Source of the DNA: Candidatus Hydrogenedentota bacterium
GTDB taxonomy: Bacteria > Hydrogenedentota > Hydrogenedentia > Hydrogenedentales > SLHB01
Assembly (NCBI GenBank): GCA_963668025.2
Contig: CAXXTH010000010.1
Location: 1,280,001 to 1,344,000 of the forward strand
DNA: 64,000 bases
Direction of reading: 5' to 3'
Under the pieces are notes generated by a model. The model was not told the origin of the DNA and did not search any database. It worked only from the letters and a program-made list of their open reading frames with translations. Each line of letters opens with the position of its first letter. The stretch's first letter is position 1. A program made the position numbers and the translations under genes. Below are positions 20,330-30,874 of the stretch, piece by piece.

Positions 20330-22009
20330 TTGGACGAGGACGCTGAAGCTCGAAGTACGGCCCAGCTGCCGCGCCTAGTGCGAATGGGGAGCATTGCGGC
20401 AGCGTGGGTGCTCGTGGTATCCCTATTCTATTTGCCGCTGCCGATCACGGCGGCTGGAACCGCGCAGGCGGATTCCGCTCCATCCGCCGCGAAAGAGTCG
20501 TCTACATTGTTCGTGAGCATGCCCGCCGTGGAAGGCCTGGCTCAACTACAGGCGGAGCAGGCGCTGGCTGGAGCGGGGCTGCAAGCGCCTCGGTTGCGCA
20601 ATGATTTTTCTGGTAAAGCGGCGCGCGGAATCATTGTCGAGCAGGAGCCGCCCGCGGGCGCGAATGTGCAGCTAGACGCCCAAACGGCTCTTGCCGTGTC
20701 GAAAGGTTTTTTGCCTGCGGTTATTATAGTGGCTGTAGCGGGGCTTTTATTACTTTCGGCGTTTTTTTCCAGTTCAGAGACCGCTTTTTTCTCCATCCAT
20801 AAATTGCGCTTGCGCAGCCTCGGAGAAGAAAAAAACCTTACTGGCCCGGTGATCGCCCAGATGATGGCCAATCCTGGACGATTGCTCACCACCATTTTAT
20901 TGGGCAACATGATCGTCAACGTGCTTATTGGCATCGCTCTTGGCACGCGCTTGGAAGACATGCTGCGCCTCGGCGCGGGCATGCCAGTGCCGGCCGCATA
21001 TGCCCTAGCGGTGGTTGCCGGCACCGCCATTCTGCTTATCTTTGGTGAAGTGAGCCCTAAAGTGTTGGCTGTTTACGCAGGCGAGCGTTTGGCACGCGTA
21101 ACGGCTTTGCCGCTGCGCATGGCTGACCGGCTCCTCGCGCCTATCCGTGACGGTGTTTTGGCCATCACTAATGCGTTGTTCGCCATTACGCGCTTCCATG
21201 AATTTCGAGCGGCCCCATTCATTACCGATGAAGAGTTGAAATCCGTGCTCACCAATGGCGAAGCCCAAGGCGTGATCGAAGAAGATGAACGGCAGATGAT
21301 CCAAGGCATCCTCGAATTCAGCGATGTCGTGCTGCGGGAAATCCTCGTGCCGCGGCCCGATATCATCGCCGTACAAGAAGAAGCCACCGTGCGCGAAGCG
21401 CTCGCGCTTTACCGGGAATACGAATACTCGCGCATGCCCATTTACCGCGAAAATCTTGACCATATTACCGGGCTTCTCGTAGCGAAAGATCTGATGCCTT
21501 ATTTCGCAAAAGGCGACCTGGATTGCGGCGTAGGCGCGCTGGCGCGCCCGGTGCATTTCGTTCCCGAGACCACTACCGTGCAGCAATTCGTGAAAGACGC
21601 CCAGCGCCACCGCGCCCACTTGGCCGTAGTGGCCGATGAATATGGCGGAACCGCAGGCATTGTGACCTTAGAAGACGCCCTGGAACAGGTTGTCGGGAAT
21701 ATCATGGATCCGGATGAACAAGAAGAAGAAAGCGTCATCACCCTCGAACCAAATGTATACCAGGTGGATGGACGCCTTTCCCTCCATGAGTTGAACGAAG
21801 CCATTGGCACAAATCTTACCGATGAGGAGCATGAAACCATAGCTGGTTATGTTATTCATCAGATGGATAAACTGCCGGAGCCTGGCGACCAGGTTGAACA
21901 CGATGGCATCCGCCTCACGGTCGAAGCTGTGGAAGGCAAGCGCGTTTTATGGCTGCGCCTGGAAAAGCTTCCCTCCATGCCTGAAAACGGCAAGGAGGAA
22001 GAAGCATGA
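20330..22009 (+). CDS. CNNM/CorC (DUF21-CBS-CorC) protein with an N-terminal PASTA domain
   Basis: SAFFSSSETAF, FGEVSPK, YSRMPIY and DEYGGTAGIVTLED. PASTA-like segment at ~20513-20707. TTG start at 20330 inferred from RBS GGGAGG. Confidence 0.82.
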   Translation: MDEDAEARSTAQLPRLVRMGSIAAAWVLVVSLFYLPLPITAAGTAQADSAPSAAKESSTLFVSMPAVEGLAQLQAEQALAGAGLQAPRLRNDFSGKAARGIIVEQEPPAGANVQLDAQTALAVSKGFLPAVIIVAVAGLLLLSAFFSSSETAFFSIHKLRLRSLGEEKNLTGPVIAQMMANPGRLLTTILLGNMIVNVLIGIALGTRLEDMLRLGAGMPVPAAYALAVVAGTAILLIFGEVSPKVLAVYAGERLARVTALPLRMADRLLAPIRDGVLAITNALFAITRFHEFRAAPFITDEELKSVLTNGEAQGVIEEDERQMIQGILEFSDVVLREILVPRPDIIAVQEEATVREALALYREYEYSRMPIYRENLDHITGLLVAKDLMPYFAKGDLDCGVGALARPVHFVPETTTVQQFVKDAQRHRAHLAVVADEYGGTAGIVTLEDALEQVVGNIMDPDEQEEESVITLEPNVYQVDGRLSLHELNEAIGTNLTDEEHETIAGYVIHQMDKLPEPGDQVEHDGIRLTVEAVEGKRVLWLRLEKLPSMPENGKEEEA

Positions 22010-23292
22010 GCGGGTTCATAGAGCCGATATTGGTTTTCGCCGCCGCCTTGGTGATGTCAAGCCTTTTCGCTGGTTATGAGACTGGATTTGTTTCCACCAA
22101 TCCCATCCGCATCCGGTATTTGGCCGAAGAAGAGCATATGAAACGGGCAATTCGTTTCCTGCATTTTGCCGCCTACCCCGACCGCATGCTGAGCATGCTG
22201 CTGTTGGGCACGAATTTATGCACGATCATAGGCACCATGGCCATCTCGCGAGCGATGCAATCCCTAACAGAGGATTACAGCGAGCTTCTAGCTATGGCGA
22301 TTGTAACGCCTTTATTTCTTATTTTTGGAGAAGTCATCCCGAAAAGTGTTTTCCGCACCCACCCCACCCGCATGACGCTGGCTTTGCTACCAATCATCGA
22401 GTTTTTTTATGCCCTTTTGGCGCCGTTTCATATCCCTATGGCGTGGTTGACGAGGTTTCTTTTTAAGCGGGCGGGTGGCGACAAACACTATTTGAGCCCT
22501 CTGATGAGTTCGCGCGACGATGTGCGGGTATTAGTGGATGAGAGCGCTGATCATGGCACCATCGAGCCGGAAGAACGCAAGATGATCCATTCCGTCATCA
22601 ATCTTCAAACCAAACTCGCACGCGAGATCATGGTGCCTAGAATAGATATGCAAGCCCTTCCGGAGACTGCCACTCGAGAGGAGCTTCTGGCTATTTTCGA
22701 GGAGAGCGGGCGCACGCGCATCGTGATTTATCGGGATTCCATTGATCAGGTGGTGGGAGTCGTGAACGCCCATGCATTGCTTGTAGATCTGCATCCCGAA
22801 GATTCCAGCATTCTGCGCTTTATCCGCGACATACCGCATGTGCCCGACACGGTGAAAGTCGATGATTTATTCCAAATGCTCAAACGTATGAAACAGCATA
22901 TGGCCGTTATCACGGACGAATATGGCGGCACGGACGGGCTCATTACCGTTGAGGATATCATTGAGGAAATCTTCGGCCAAATACAGGATGAACACGACCA
23001 GGAAGAGCGCGCCATTACTCAGGTGGCTCCCCGGGCCTATGTCGTTGACGCCCGGGCTTCGCTCGATGAAGTCTCGGACGCCCTCGGTGTGGAATTGAAA
23101 GATGAGGAAGTGGATACGATTGCCGGATGGGTGATGCGCGCCGCGGGCCGCATCCCCGCACAAGGCGAAGTGTATATAATATCTGGAATCCAGACGACGA
23201 TTCTCGAAGGAACGCCGAACCAGATATGCAAAGTGCGGCTTGAATTGCTAGAACAAACAGGAGGCTTGGATGAAAACCAGCCGGGTAGATAA
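22006..23292 (+). CDS. CNNM/CorC (hemolysin-family) protein, second paralogue
   Basis: SSLFAGYETGF, FGEVIPK, REIMVPR and DEYGGTDGLITVEDIIEEIFGQIQDEHD. Confidence 0.88.
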   Translation: MSGFIEPILVFAAALVMSSLFAGYETGFVSTNPIRIRYLAEEEHMKRAIRFLHFAAYPDRMLSMLLLGTNLCTIIGTMAISRAMQSLTEDYSELLAMAIVTPLFLIFGEVIPKSVFRTHPTRMTLALLPIIEFFYALLAPFHIPMAWLTRFLFKRAGGDKHYLSPLMSSRDDVRVLVDESADHGTIEPEERKMIHSVINLQTKLAREIMVPRIDMQALPETATREELLAIFEESGRTRIVIYRDSIDQVVGVVNAHALLVDLHPEDSSILRFIRDIPHVPDTVKVDDLFQMLKRMKQHMAVITDEYGGTDGLITVEDIIEEIFGQIQDEHDQEERAITQVAPRAYVVDARASLDEVSDALGVELKDEEVDTIAGWVMRAAGRIPAQGEVYIISGIQTTILEGTPNQICKVRLELLEQTGGLDENQPGR

Positions 23293-24004
23293 AGGCAAAG
23301 GAACGGCAAGCGCGGTCCGTAAGGCATGGCGGCAAGTTTGGCGCACCATGGTGGCGGGATTGCTCGTGTGGATCCCCTTGATCATCACTGTGTGGGTCTC
23401 GTGGTTCTTTATTAATAAATTCGTATTCGGACTTGAGCGCCAGTTCAAACTGCTCTTCGATGCGATGAATGAATGGGGGCAAGGGATCCCTGGATTGTCC
23501 TTCTTGGGATATTTCCAATATGTCTATGGCATTGGCATCCTATTCTCCATTGCCTTATTTGTGTCCACAGGCATGCTTACCCGCATGTTTGTCGGACAGA
23601 AAATGATTGCGCTGGGTGAAAAAATCGTGTTTGTCATTCCTCTCGTAAACAAGGTGTATCGGGCCGTACAGCAAATCCGCGATGTGCTTATTACCCGGAA
23701 AGGCGCCGTTTTCCAGAAAGTGTGCCTGGTCGAATATCCGCGTCCGGGCATGATCGCCGTTGGATTTATTACCTCGCTGGAGCAAGGTGCAATCCAGAAA
23801 AAGTTAGGGAAAGAACTGCAAGCTGTTTTTATCGCCACTACGCCCAATCCCACCTCGGGATATCTCGTATATCTGCCGTTGGAAGATATCATACTCATTG
23901 ATATCTCCGTAGAAGACGCAATGAAAATCATCGTATCCGCAGGCGCTTATGCTCCCATGCATGAGGGCGAGGCATTGGATATGACTAAAGATATAGATGA
24001 ATAA
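23270..24004 (+). CDS. DUF502 membrane protein
   Basis: GLLVWIPLIIT, IPLVNKVY, LVEYPRPG, FIATTPNPTSG and EDAMKIIVSAG. Confidence 0.85.
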   Translation: MKTSRVDKGKGTASAVRKAWRQVWRTMVAGLLVWIPLIITVWVSWFFINKFVFGLERQFKLLFDAMNEWGQGIPGLSFLGYFQYVYGIGILFSIALFVSTGMLTRMFVGQKMIALGEKIVFVIPLVNKVYRAVQQIRDVLITRKGAVFQKVCLVEYPRPGMIAVGFITSLEQGAIQKKLGKELQAVFIATTPNPTSGYLVYLPLEDIILIDISVEDAMKIIVSAGAYAPMHEGEALDMTKDIDE

Positions 24005-24142
24005 CGCTTATGTCTTTAACTAATATTGTCATCTATTGGCGTTTTGCGGGATAGCTTTACGTGCGGCTCCTTCTGGGTTTTCACTACAAGGCCTTGCACA
24101 TTTTTTTGTTGTAATCACTACAGAAAATGAAGTATAGATGAT

Positions 24143-26152
24143 GTGCTGGTGGCCCTTATCTTGAGGAATACGGTATTGCTGGAAGACGGCAAAAGAGCAA
24201 ATAGCCCCCTTTTGTCGCCGCCCCAAGATCATGAAAACGCCGGAACGATTCTGCTTGCCACGCCGCGTGCGATGGGTATCGCGTGCGCGTTAATGCCGCT
24301 TCTGGCGCTTTGGGTGGTGCAATCGGAGCTCATTTGGTATTCAGGCCATTCAACGGCCATTTCCCTCTTTTTTCATGTCACCTTTACGCTGTTTGTGCTG
24401 GCGCTCGCCAATTTACCTCTCAAACGATACTGGCCTAAATCCGCGTTATCATCCGGCGAACTCATGACGATATACGTGATGCTCTCGGTGGCGGGAACCT
24501 TTTGCAGCCATGACCTGCTGCAAGTCATGATTCCCATGCTGGGTTTTCCCCGTTATTTTGCAAACCCTCTTAATAACTGGGAGCAAGTTTTTCTTCAATA
24601 TGTGCCCGGCTGGGCGTATCTGAGCCATGGCGATGAGGCCATGACCGGTTTGGCGGTCGGTAATAGTACTATATATAATTGGGAGATCTTCAAGGCATGG
24701 GCCGCGCCGCTTGCTTTTTGGTTCGTTTTTCTCATGGCCCTTATGGGCGCACTGCTTACGATGAATGTCTTTTTCCGCCAGCATTGGACGGAACGTGAAA
24801 AATTGAGTTTTCCTGTCATCCAAATCCCGTTGATTTTATCCACGGGACTCGAAGAACTCCTGAAAAACAGGTTGTTCTGGCTCGCATTCGGCATTACGGC
24901 GGCTATTGACTTCAACAATGGATTGAGCTTTTTTTACCCGGGTATCCCGGAGATTCCCATCGTAAACGCCTTCTCATTCTCTGAATATTTCGTGGAGCGC
25001 CCATGGAACGCCATTGCTGGCACGACCATCAATCTCTTTCCATTCGTAATAGGGCTTACCTTCTTCATGCCGACCGACCTGGCGTTCAGTTGCTGGTTTT
25101 TTTATCTGGTTTACCGCCTGCAACTCGTCCTGGCTTCCGCGGCAGGCATCCACGATCTGCCTGGGTTTCCATTCATCAATGAACAGGCGGCAGGCGGCTA
25201 CATCGCCTTAGGCTTGCTGGCGGTCTGGCTGTCGCGCAAGCATTTATATGGCGTCTTGCGCACCGCCGCGGGGCTGCGTGGAGGCGCGGATGATGCGCAA
25301 GAGCCGATACGCTACCGGACCGCTGTATTGCTATTTCTTATATGCACTATCATACTAATTGCACAAGGCATGATGCTGGGCGGCGCGTGGTATGTTCTCC
25401 TGGCTTTTTTTACGATCTTTTTCTTATATTCCATCGCCATAGCGCGTATGCGGGCGGAGTTGGGTCCGCCCGCTCATGACTTACATCATCTTGGCCCCGA
25501 CATGCTCATCGTTAATGCTGTGGGCACCCATCATCTGGGCAAAGGTGATCTGGCCGCCTTCACCATGTTCTGGTGGTTCAATCGCGCTTATCGTGCGCAC
25601 TTCTCTGCTCACAGCATGGAAGGCTTCAAGGCCGCGCAATTGATGCGGATAGCGTCGCGCTCCATGATGAAGGCCATCGTCATCGCCATTTTCGTGGGGG
25701 CCATTGCCGCTATGTGGGCGTTGCTGCATGTCCTCTATGTCCATGGATATAGCGGCCGTCCGGCAGGCGACGCCTTCGCCTCGGAAGGATGGAACAAACT
25801 GGTTACCTGGATGATCTTCCCGCAGAAACCGCGCATGGGAGCCACTCTCGCCTCAGGGGGCGGGCTATTATTCTCATTGCTCTTGGGCGCATTGCGCATG
25901 CGGTTCACCTGGTGGCTGTGGCACCCTGTCGGTTACGCCACCGCCACATCGTGGTCCATGGATAAATTATGGTTTTGCATTTTCCTCGGCTGGATCGCTA
26001 AAGCGTTGATCACGCGGTATGGCGGTGCTCAATTATACCGCAAGGCGCTGCCATTCTTTGTGGGGCTGGCCATGGGAGAATTCGTCATGGGCAGCCTCTG
26101 GATGATTTTCGGTTCGATTGCCAATACGCGCGTCTATCATTTCTGGGGATAG
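24143..26152 (+). CDS. DUF6785/DUF6784-type polytopic membrane protein (OPT-like)
   Basis: WAAPLAFW, RQHWTEREKLSFPVIQIP, RMRAELG, WLWHPVGY and RYGG..YRKALPFFVGLAMGEF. Start may be TTG 24176 (RBS GAGGA). Confidence 0.7.
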   Translation: MLVALILRNTVLLEDGKRANSPLLSPPQDHENAGTILLATPRAMGIACALMPLLALWVVQSELIWYSGHSTAISLFFHVTFTLFVLALANLPLKRYWPKSALSSGELMTIYVMLSVAGTFCSHDLLQVMIPMLGFPRYFANPLNNWEQVFLQYVPGWAYLSHGDEAMTGLAVGNSTIYNWEIFKAWAAPLAFWFVFLMALMGALLTMNVFFRQHWTEREKLSFPVIQIPLILSTGLEELLKNRLFWLAFGITAAIDFNNGLSFFYPGIPEIPIVNAFSFSEYFVERPWNAIAGTTINLFPFVIGLTFFMPTDLAFSCWFFYLVYRLQLVLASAAGIHDLPGFPFINEQAAGGYIALGLLAVWLSRKHLYGVLRTAAGLRGGADDAQEPIRYRTAVLLFLICTIILIAQGMMLGGAWYVLLAFFTIFFLYSIAIARMRAELGPPAHDLHHLGPDMLIVNAVGTHHLGKGDLAAFTMFWWFNRAYRAHFSAHSMEGFKAAQLMRIASRSMMKAIVIAIFVGAIAAMWALLHVLYVHGYSGRPAGDAFASEGWNKLVTWMIFPQKPRMGATLASGGGLLFSLLLGALRMRFTWWLWHPVGYATATSWSMDKLWFCIFLGWIAKALITRYGGAQLYRKALPFFVGLAMGEFVMGSLWMIFGSIANTRVYHFWG

Positions 26153-26220
26153 GCGTGCGGCTGTTATATCATACAGCCGCGAAAAGCCGCTGCACGTGAA
26201 CATGAGGCTGCAATCCGAAC

Positions 26221-29200
26221 ATGCGCTGGATCGTATTCGCCATAACCGCTATTGCCTGTACCGTAGGGCTGGCGGCATGGATTGGCTGGCCCAATCCGCT
26301 GACTATCCAGATCCCGGATTTTAGCCGCGAAGAAGACCTCAATATCAATCGGATCGAGGACTCCTTGCGTGTTTTCACCGCAACGCCGTCGCGCATGACC
26401 GGGTCCCCAGGCGCTGAACAGGCCGCCGAATATATTACCGGCCAACTCAAGAAGCTTGGCGTACAAGATATCGAAATCCAAGAGTTTGAGGCCACGGCGC
26501 CTGAAGTGCAATCCGCGAGCATCTCGGGGCCTGGCGGTGCTCCAGTAACGCTCGAACCGATATGGCCGAATCTTGTCCGCACCAGCCAGACGCCCCCGGA
26601 AGGCTTATCGGGAAAACTTATTGACGTGGGAAATGGCGCCGAGGCCTCATTGAAAGGCCATGAGATCCGCAACGCCATCGTCATCATGGACTGGGTTAGT
26701 GAATCCGAGTGGCTCAGTGTCCAAGAATTTGGCGGCAAGGCGGTGATCTTCCGGGGCGGCAGGCCTGCTTCCGGCGTGCAAGCCCGGAAGAAGTTTCTGA
26801 CCGTGCCTGCGAATATCCCCCGGTTTTATGCTCCTCCGGCCGCCTTGCCTGCGCTCGAAGCCCTCATCGGCCAGACGGCCACCGTGCATTGCCAAATGGA
26901 TTGGGCGAATAAAAAGTCTAGGAATATTTTCGCCCAACTCACGCCAGGCGCGCCACCCACTTCCACCAGCGCGGTGGATAAGGCCCCCGTCATTTTCCAT
27001 GCCTATTACGACAGTGTCAGTGTAACGCCCGCCTTGGCGCCCGGCGCGGAACAAGCCATTGGCGCGGCATCACTGCTCGAACTGGCTCGCTTCATTAAGA
27101 AATTGCCGGAAACACCGCCCCGTCCCATCTATGTGTTATTCACCGGAGGCCATGCCCAGGCCATGACTGGCATGATCCATTTTACCCGCCGCTTGTACGA
27201 TGGGCTCGATAATGGCTGGCCCCAAGTTGAACATGGCGGCATCAGCGCTCGGATGGGGCGTCCGGGGATTTTCGTAGGTCTCGATATTTCGAGCCGTTCG
27301 GATCGAATGGGCATTTTTTGTGTTGGCGCATTTCGCGGCCAAGCGGAGGGCTACCTGCGGCCAAAATTCAGCATGCTTGCCCAGAAACTCGATTCTTTCG
27401 CCAAAAGCTATATGACGGATTATGAAAAGGTGACGCTATTCACGGCCACGCCATTCGTAGACTGCATCAATCTTACCCTTGGAAGGGGATGGTGGACCTA
27501 TTTCCCTTACCGTGCGCCTTTCGAGAGTGAGATTCCTACTTTGGCGGGTTTTCCTGGCGTTACGCTCAGCACCATTAACGACGAGCGGCGCGCCGTTGAC
27601 ACGCCTGATGATACCTTGGCGAATGTAAATCTGGATTTGCTTCAACGGCAGTTGCACCGGGAGCCAGGCCGCCGCGCGGGACTCGCCAATATCGCCATGG
27701 CTTTTGCATATTGGAAAGGGCCGTTTACCAGTTCTGAACTGGAAAGCAACATGGCGAAACTCGGCGGCCGCGCCGTGTGGCTGGATCAACAGCGCGATTA
27801 TATCCCCAACAATCCCATGCCAGGCGCTTGCGTGGCCATGAAGACATATCAGAACAACAAACACCTTAACGGCATGCGCGGCATTCCGCTTGTGCTTGCA
27901 GGGCCAAATGGCGAGTTCGAATTCGACGGCCTGGCTAATTCCACCGCGAATCCTTGGTTCTCCAAGCCGGTGGAAGTAGAGGCTTTTGGTCTGGCCACGC
28001 CACGATTCCTTGAGGCCAATTCCCGCGCCGCCAATGAATATGCATTGCTTCTCCAACGGGGAAGCCCGAGTATAACGCATATTCCACCAGATGGCTCGAT
28101 CATCTATGCCGTAGATCAAGCCCGCCCAACTGAACAGCCGTTCTTGTCCTCCATCCTGGAGCGGGAGCAGAGTGTCAAGCCGGTCTTATTTCCATGCAAA
28201 CCCATTACGCTATTTGGGCTCACGGAACCGCGCGGGTTTATTAGCCTCTTCGATGTGCAGATCCTGGATGCCTCCAACGACAGCCCGCCATTCCAATGGG
28301 GGCTCAGTTATAGCGACAGCTTCCAAGGCGATCCCGAGGAAAACTGCATCACCCTGTGGGCCGCCCCGGCCTTGCGCGTCAAATTGGCCATGGGCCTTGG
28401 ATTCCAGGAAAAACGCCTGGTCTTGTTGAACAACACCCCCGAGAATCCGGAAGGCGAGGGATATATGCTGGCGAATCTGGAAACGATTCCCTCTTGGGTG
28501 TTACAAGGCGCTGGCAACATGTGGCGGCTGGATGAAAAACGCATTCAGAAATTCGTAGCACACGGCATCAGCAATCCCCGCATTCAATCGCTGCATGATG
28601 AGGCGAAGGCAAATCTCGAACTCGCGGAAAATGCGCTGGGCCAATATGATTATATGGCCTACCGTTCGGCTGCGGAGCGCGGGTGGGCGCTGGAAAGCAA
28701 TGCGTACAACGAGCTATTGAATACCGCCAACAATATGATTCGCGGCGTGCTGTTCTATTTACTACTTATGATTCCATTCGCATATTGCCTCGAACGCCTC
28801 ATCATCAATGCCGGTGCGATTCGAGGCCGAGTCATCGGCATCTTTTCCATTTTTACACTGAGTTTCCTCCTGCTGGCGGTCATTCATCCTGCATTCCGTT
28901 TCACCTTGACGCCCGCGCTTGTCCTCATTGCATTCGTCATTCTCGCGCTCGCCGTTTCCGTAAGCATGCTGATTCTTGGCCACTTTGATCGAATGCTGCG
29001 TGATCGCAAACAGGCGTTGATCGGCACACACGAAGACACCGTGGCGGCTGGCGATATCGCCATGCGCGCCGTGGATCTTGGCATCGCCAACATACGGCGG
29101 CGTCCACAGCGCGCCTTTTTCACGGGTATGACTGTTGTGCTCGTCACGTTTACGCTCTTGTCATTCACGTCGATTGTTCCCGAAACCACCATATCCCGCT

Positions 29201-30864
29201 TGCGCCATCCGAATGGCGAGCCAGTGTATAAAGGTTTGCTGGCCCGTGATCGCGCGTGGCTGCCTCTGCCGCTCCCTTTTTATGATTCACTGCGGCGCAC
29301 TTTCGATAAAGAAGCTACCTCGGACGCCGTGGAAGCGACGCTTGCCGGACGGGTGTGGTATTTCTCGGATCTGGCGGGCGAGCTTTCGAAGATAGACATA
29401 GCCAGGCCTCCATCCGAGGGCGCTGTAGACGTATCGAAGCCTGAAACAGGACAAACCACGACAGAAGCCCTTATCGGCATGGAGCCCAGTGAAGCCGCCG
29501 TGTCGGCCGTAGCCTCCACTCTGATAGCGGGCAGATGGTTTGAGAGTGCAGAGGAACAAAGCATCATCCTGCCAGCGCATGCCGCCCAGCAACTTGGTTA
29601 TGGACCCCAAGACATCGGACGAAAAGTGCTCCTCTTTGGCCAAGAACTGCCCCTTGTCGGCATTATAGACGGAGATCAGTTTGACAAGCTGCGCGACATC
29701 GACGGCGAGCCATTGACCCCCGTCAATTTCGCCCAGCAACGTTTGTTGGAAGCGCAGCAGGAACAAGAACAGGAAATTGACACGCTCAAGGACTACATCC
29801 ATTGGACCAGCAACCAATTGGCCATCGTACCGTTTGAACTGGCGCGAAACCTGGGCGGAACGATTCGGAGCATTGCCGTGCGCACGGGAGAAAACACCAG
29901 TGCGGACGAACAGGCCGCGGCATATGCGCGCCGCTCGAATCTCACCATTCTCGCAAGCAATGGCGAAGACGTCACCCTCTACGCCTCCCTCAATCGGAGC
30001 AAGCTCACGGCGGCAGGGCAGATTCTCATCCCCATCGGCCTCGGGTTCATCATGGTGCTGGGAGCCATGCTCGGTTCTGTCTACGAACGGCGCAACGAGA
30101 TATTCGTTTATAACTCGGTGGGGCTTTCGCCCAGTAATGTTGCTTCTTTATTTTTGGCGGAGTCATCCGTTTACGCCGTGCTTGGCGCCGTGGCGGGATA
30201 TTTGCTTGGAAACCTCGTATCCAAAATATTACTCGAGACGCAAGCGCTCTCCGGATTGAGTTTGAACTACTCAGCGGGGACCACCATTCTCATCACCGTT
30301 ATGACCATGGGCATTGTGCTGGTTTCGACTATTTATCCAGCGCGCCAGGCCTTTCTGGCCGCCATACCCCAACAGCGGCGCGAACACGATGATATCGAGG
30401 ATGATGAAAACACCTCAGGCAGCCGCATCAGCATGTTTCTGCCCTTTGTCGCAACCCCATCCAGTGTCATGGCGATGCAAGCATATATGTATGAATTTCT
30501 CGACAGCGTCCAGGGGGTTTCGGTGGGACAGCTCGCGGTGGACCATCTCGATACGGAACTGCGTGAGACAAATGGCAAGCCTGAACCGGTTCTCAAATTC
30601 CTAGCGTGGCTGGCGCCCTTCGATCTCGGACTCAGCCACATGGCCGAGCTCAGCATCGTCTACCGCCCCGAGCGCGGCGTCTATCAATACCATTTGTTAG
30701 CGGTCCGGCACAGCGGCGACCAGCAGAATTGGCGGCGGCTCACGCCCCGGTTCATTCTGGCCATTCGCAAGCAACTGCTCATCTGGCGCATTTTGCCGCC
30801 CGAGGATCTTGCTCGATACAACGACAAGGCCACAAGCCTATTTGGAGCACCAACCATTATGTGA
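26221..30864 (+). CDS. 1547-aa fusion of a degenerate M28-peptidase-like domain with an FtsX/MacB-type ABC permease
   Basis: SRMTGSPG, RNIFAQL, AYYDS..APGAEQ, LLELAR and IYVLFTGGH (M28 fold). NIRRRPQRAFFT and SVYERRNEIFVYNSVGLSP..LFLAES..YPARQA (FtsX). Confidence 0.72.
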   Translation: MRWIVFAITAIACTVGLAAWIGWPNPLTIQIPDFSREEDLNINRIEDSLRVFTATPSRMTGSPGAEQAAEYITGQLKKLGVQDIEIQEFEATAPEVQSASISGPGGAPVTLEPIWPNLVRTSQTPPEGLSGKLIDVGNGAEASLKGHEIRNAIVIMDWVSESEWLSVQEFGGKAVIFRGGRPASGVQARKKFLTVPANIPRFYAPPAALPALEALIGQTATVHCQMDWANKKSRNIFAQLTPGAPPTSTSAVDKAPVIFHAYYDSVSVTPALAPGAEQAIGAASLLELARFIKKLPETPPRPIYVLFTGGHAQAMTGMIHFTRRLYDGLDNGWPQVEHGGISARMGRPGIFVGLDISSRSDRMGIFCVGAFRGQAEGYLRPKFSMLAQKLDSFAKSYMTDYEKVTLFTATPFVDCINLTLGRGWWTYFPYRAPFESEIPTLAGFPGVTLSTINDERRAVDTPDDTLANVNLDLLQRQLHREPGRRAGLANIAMAFAYWKGPFTSSELESNMAKLGGRAVWLDQQRDYIPNNPMPGACVAMKTYQNNKHLNGMRGIPLVLAGPNGEFEFDGLANSTANPWFSKPVEVEAFGLATPRFLEANSRAANEYALLLQRGSPSITHIPPDGSIIYAVDQARPTEQPFLSSILEREQSVKPVLFPCKPITLFGLTEPRGFISLFDVQILDASNDSPPFQWGLSYSDSFQGDPEENCITLWAAPALRVKLAMGLGFQEKRLVLLNNTPENPEGEGYMLANLETIPSWVLQGAGNMWRLDEKRIQKFVAHGISNPRIQSLHDEAKANLELAENALGQYDYMAYRSAAERGWALESNAYNELLNTANNMIRGVLFYLLLMIPFAYCLERLIINAGAIRGRVIGIFSIFTLSFLLLAVIHPAFRFTLTPALVLIAFVILALAVSVSMLILGHFDRMLRDRKQALIGTHEDTVAAGDIAMRAVDLGIANIRRRPQRAFFTGMTVVLVTFTLLSFTSIVPETTISRLRHPNGEPVYKGLLARDRAWLPLPLPFYDSLRRTFDKEATSDAVEATLAGRVWYFSDLAGELSKIDIARPPSEGAVDVSKPETGQTTTEALIGMEPSEAAVSAVASTLIAGRWFESAEEQSIILPAHAAQQLGYGPQDIGRKVLLFGQELPLVGIIDGDQFDKLRDIDGEPLTPVNFAQQRLLEAQQEQEQEIDTLKDYIHWTSNQLAIVPFELARNLGGTIRSIAVRTGENTSADEQAAAYARRSNLTILASNGEDVTLYASLNRSKLTAAGQILIPIGLGFIMVLGAMLGSVYERRNEIFVYNSVGLSPSNVASLFLAESSVYAVLGAVAGYLLGNLVSKILLETQALSGLSLNYSAGTTILITVMTMGIVLVSTIYPARQAFLAAIPQQRREHDDIEDDENTSGSRISMFLPFVATPSSVMAMQAYMYEFLDSVQGVSVGQLAVDHLDTELRETNGKPEPVLKFLAWLAPFDLGLSHMAELSIVYRPERGVYQYHLLAVRHSGDQQNWRRLTPRFILAIRKQLLIWRILPPEDLARYNDKATSLFGAPTIM

Positions 30865-30874
30865 GGTAAAAGCA

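Noticed and set aside
16174-24004. phoH-HD-ybeY-corC-DUF502 as a novel system
   Set aside because: Widely conserved housekeeping neighbourhood; only the PASTA fusion is unusual and is reported separately.
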